The position numbers were made by a program, and so were the translations under genes. DNA of 64,000 nt from Lingula anatina (lineage: Eukaryota > Animalia > Brachiopoda), in assembly GCA_051362555.1 (NCBI GenBank), contig CM120640.1, positions 58,816,788 to 58,880,787 on the forward strand, written 5' to 3'. Shown in pieces: positions 60,602-64,000 of this stretch (positions are counted from its first letter, which is position 1; every line of letters starts with the position of its first letter). Under the pieces are notes generated by a model. It worked only from the letters and a program-made list of their open reading frames with translations. It did not search any database and was not told the DNA's origin.

Positions 60602-62523
60602 TTTATTTAATGAAGTGTATTACTTGTCTAAAATGTATGACCTACATGAAGATATTAATCCAAACCAAATGACAGTTCAAAGTCATTGCCTGGCTTAAAT
60701 GAATAAAAAAAAGTTCACAATACAACAGAACTCTTTGTCCATATTAGCCATCCTTATTTAACCCAGGTAATAGAGAGAAAAATGAAAATCACACTTTCAC
60801 CCAGAACCACCAATACATGTATGGCCTCACCTGCAAAACTACTATACTTTGACTGAAAACAAATTACATCCAAGAATATTACATGTATGACAATAAATGC
60901 CTCAAATTGCCTGAATTTGACAAACAAGGTATATGTCCTTAAAACTTGTATGCTTTCTTCAAGTGCTTTTCCTTCTCGTGTGCAGATAAAGTAGTGAAGA
61001 GTGAGAGCCAGGGCTGGAGTGAGAGATGTTTCCATTTCTTGCTTCCACAAAAGTAACAGTAACTGGTGGGCCATTTTGTTTCAAACAGTGATTAATTCTA
61101 AATTGCGGGTCAAGTTTGAAACTGGACATGATTGACCATCTCTACTATCTCTTCAATTTTGTGTAAAACACGCTTTATGTATTTTTGACATAACCTGCCA
61201 TAGAATAGAGCAAGTCACGGCCTTTTGTTTTCTGCTCAAATGGTGGATTAAAGGCATTTGATGTTGCCAGTCAAGGAATTAAAAGACTCCTTATAGCGTA
61301 CAAAAAATAGGTTTTATTCCACTAATGTCAACAGTATGAAAAAGTATAACATAAACATACATTACAAAGTATACTTATTTAGACCCAGTGTCAGATCACT
61401 CCAATATATTAAGCTGCTCACAGGTTTATTGAAGTTTTAAGACTGGGTGGAAACATACAGTTAGATTGCAATATTGTGACTTTGACACTTGGATTAAGCA
61501 CACATCACAATGGCAACTTTAGAATAAATGACATGCAACAGAAAACATGTACATCCTATATCAAATATGATGGGAACATACTGTGGGAAGCACATCTGAG
61601 AAGGCAAGAAGGTAGATGGAAGTCATATAGCTGATAAGCCACTGCCTTTGACCCCCTTGACTTCTGATATTAGCACATTTACTTTGAGACAAAATGTTAC
61701 TTAGATGTAAAAAAAGTTAAAACAGGGTATTTTTTAGAAGTAAATTTCTTATTAACAAATTGCAGCATAAGTTCTATCAGTTTTATACTGACTCGCTTGT
61801 ATACCTCCATATAACAAATAATAAAAAAAACGTGACAAGAAAACTTAAGTCAGAAAGACCAAGCTTACAGAGGGATGACTTAATAATTGAAGAATCTTAA
61901 ATTAACAATATGCAATTTCCTATTTTGTAACAGCCAATAGGAAAATAACTAACATTCAACAAATGTTTTGATTTCTATCACATGCAATATGCACAAAAAT
62001 CATATTTACCTTCATTACATTCTTTCATAATAAAGATATAAAATCAGTGGTAAGTCTCTTCTACCTACTGACTCATCATGTTTATCAAGTAGCTCTGGGT
62101 TTTGATAAATGTCCAGTCCAAGGCAAATCAAAGGCTTCAATACATTTCACATAATGATGTCGTCAAAAATATACACTCAAATCAGCTGTCAGATTGATGT
62201 AAAGTCATGAGATAATCTCTCAAAGAGCTGGTAGAAGAAAATCCAATGCAGTCTCTATCTGCTTCAGTCATTAGTTAGCATCATCAATCATCCACAGGTC
62301 ATCGCAACATACAGGTATTATGCACTCTATCCAAAAAAATACATATCGACCAAAGAATCAAGATCCTGAAAATTATACCCTTTTCTGGCCAAAAATGGTC
62401 AACAGACACCAACATTGGTCCTTTGAATTTTGAACTACACTTGCAAGTTGTGTTTATTTTCCTGTTTGCCTCTTCTGTTAGTTTTGTGCTTTGGAACACT
62501 GAACTGTTGCAAACAATGATGTT

Positions 62524-63822
62524 CTATAACTGCAACAGATTTTCCTGTCCTGAACTCTGCCAGAACTGATCAAAAGAAGAGTTTTTTCCATAGGGTTCTA
62601 AGAAATTGTCCCATTCTTCTGGTCGCATGTCTGTAGGGAGGAAGGCCTTGGGATCTTTACTCCTTGACTCCGCAAGCCTGGAAGAATTGGTTAAGTTGTA
62701 TAAGAAATATAAAAAAAATATTGTCATTAATATCAATTAATATATGCTATAAAAAGTTGAATGTTTCCCTTATGTTACACATACTAAGCAAAAATCTGCA
62801 TCACATCCATAACTATACCATATTGTACCCTGTGTATATACTAACCAAAAATACCACACACAAGAGTTCATGTAACTAATGATCTCTACAGCTTCATATG
62901 TCATGTACCTCCCCCTACCTGCCCACAAACAAAAATAAAATTCTGAGCCCTGCAAATTACAACACCATGGTAAAACCCACTGAGGGTTATACAGGTTGGT
63001 GCTTGATCTTCACATTCCGTGGTATGTAGTGACCACTTTTTGGTTTCCCCAGATAGTGTATTATAGATGATACTTACTTTGAAAAGCAGTCATCCAGATC
63101 ATCATCATCAAATTGCACCCAGGTGTCTGACCGGTCAGAAGAGATTGTGTGTAAGCTGTGTCCATCTGATGACATAGATGCTAAAATGGAAAAAAATGAA
63201 AAGATTAATACAATGTAGCAATAAACTTACATACAAAAAGCACATATTATCAGTTCAATAACACAAAAATATAAGATAACAATTCTCTATAAAATGCTAC
63301 ATGAAACATACAACACAAAATATCTGTATCAGTTTGACATATAAGGTGATATAAATCCTGACTGGTATACACATTGTCAATATATACCTATTCAGTAGAG
63401 TCCCCCCCCCCTTTCAAATATTTCATAACAATACCTACCCATGCTATCTGGAGAACCTGCAGAGCTTCTACTTAAACATGGAGAGGCCATTTTGTGCTGG
63501 AATTAGGAAAAAGACATACAGATAATTAACACCCTTTATCTAGTTAACTAACATTACTCAAATTTGCAAAAGCATAGCAAATGAAGTTGAACAGCTCTAC
63601 AAGAATGGCAAAAGCAAAATACTGCAAGTTTGCCTTGCAAATAGTACAGCCACTCATATTTTACACATCAAAACCAATGATACTTACATTATTGTGATTA
63701 TTCTGAATTGGTATGTCTTGTCCTTCCTGTAAGTTTTGACTCTCCTTCTTTTCCCTTGAATTTTCCCAGTCCTCATAAGCAACATTAAAGGCTTTAGCTA
63801 CTGTCAGTGTCACAGCTTCTGC
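62524..63822 (-). CDS. LDLRAP1: 3' part of the PTB-domain clathrin adaptor LDLRAP1/ARH; exons 63822-63688, 63496-63439, 63180-63078, 62677-62524; gene continues beyond the window
   Basis: AEAVTLTVAKAFNVAYEDW (end of PTB) and DLDDCFSKLAESR, matching recalled human AQAVTLTVAQAFKVAFEFW and LDEAFSRLAQSR. Confidence 0.88.
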
Positions 63823-64000
63823 CTGTAAACAAAATAATGAGTTTCAGTAAATAGCAGAATGCATTGTTATATGTTGTGATGGGTGAGGAGATAAAACATT
63901 ACAAATTCAATTTGAGGCAATACAACTGAAAATGTACACATTTTCAGTAGACTAGTTCTAAGTTATCCCAAAAGTACATTTAAACAAAACATTTGTGTAA

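Overview
AT-rich, intron-rich animal genomic DNA, probably from a lophotrochozoan such as a mollusc (inferred from the repeat families). Eight spliced protein-coding genes can be rebuilt by hand from GT-AG exons: parkin (-), ISCU (+), an SDR/FabG-like oxidoreductase (-), MUL1 (-), DYNLT1/Tctex1 (+), CCDC174 (-), TAF12 (+) and the 3' part of LDLRAP1/ARH (-). Six of them form three head-to-head pairs. One SDR intron holds a four-deep transposon nest with every junction readable: foldback MITE > Tc1 > near-intact DIRS tyrosine-recombinase retrotransposon > hAT-type MITE. A Helentron-type (HINE) repeat with ~160 bp core units has piled up and inserted into itself on both sides of the parkin/ISCU promoter. 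Other highlights are two alternative 49-nt first coding exons of the SDR, a hAT-like element with a 5-bp TSD, and parkin, MUL1 and ISCU (all mitochondria-related) within ~42 kb. All calls come from reading the sequence and recalled protein families; no searches were run.
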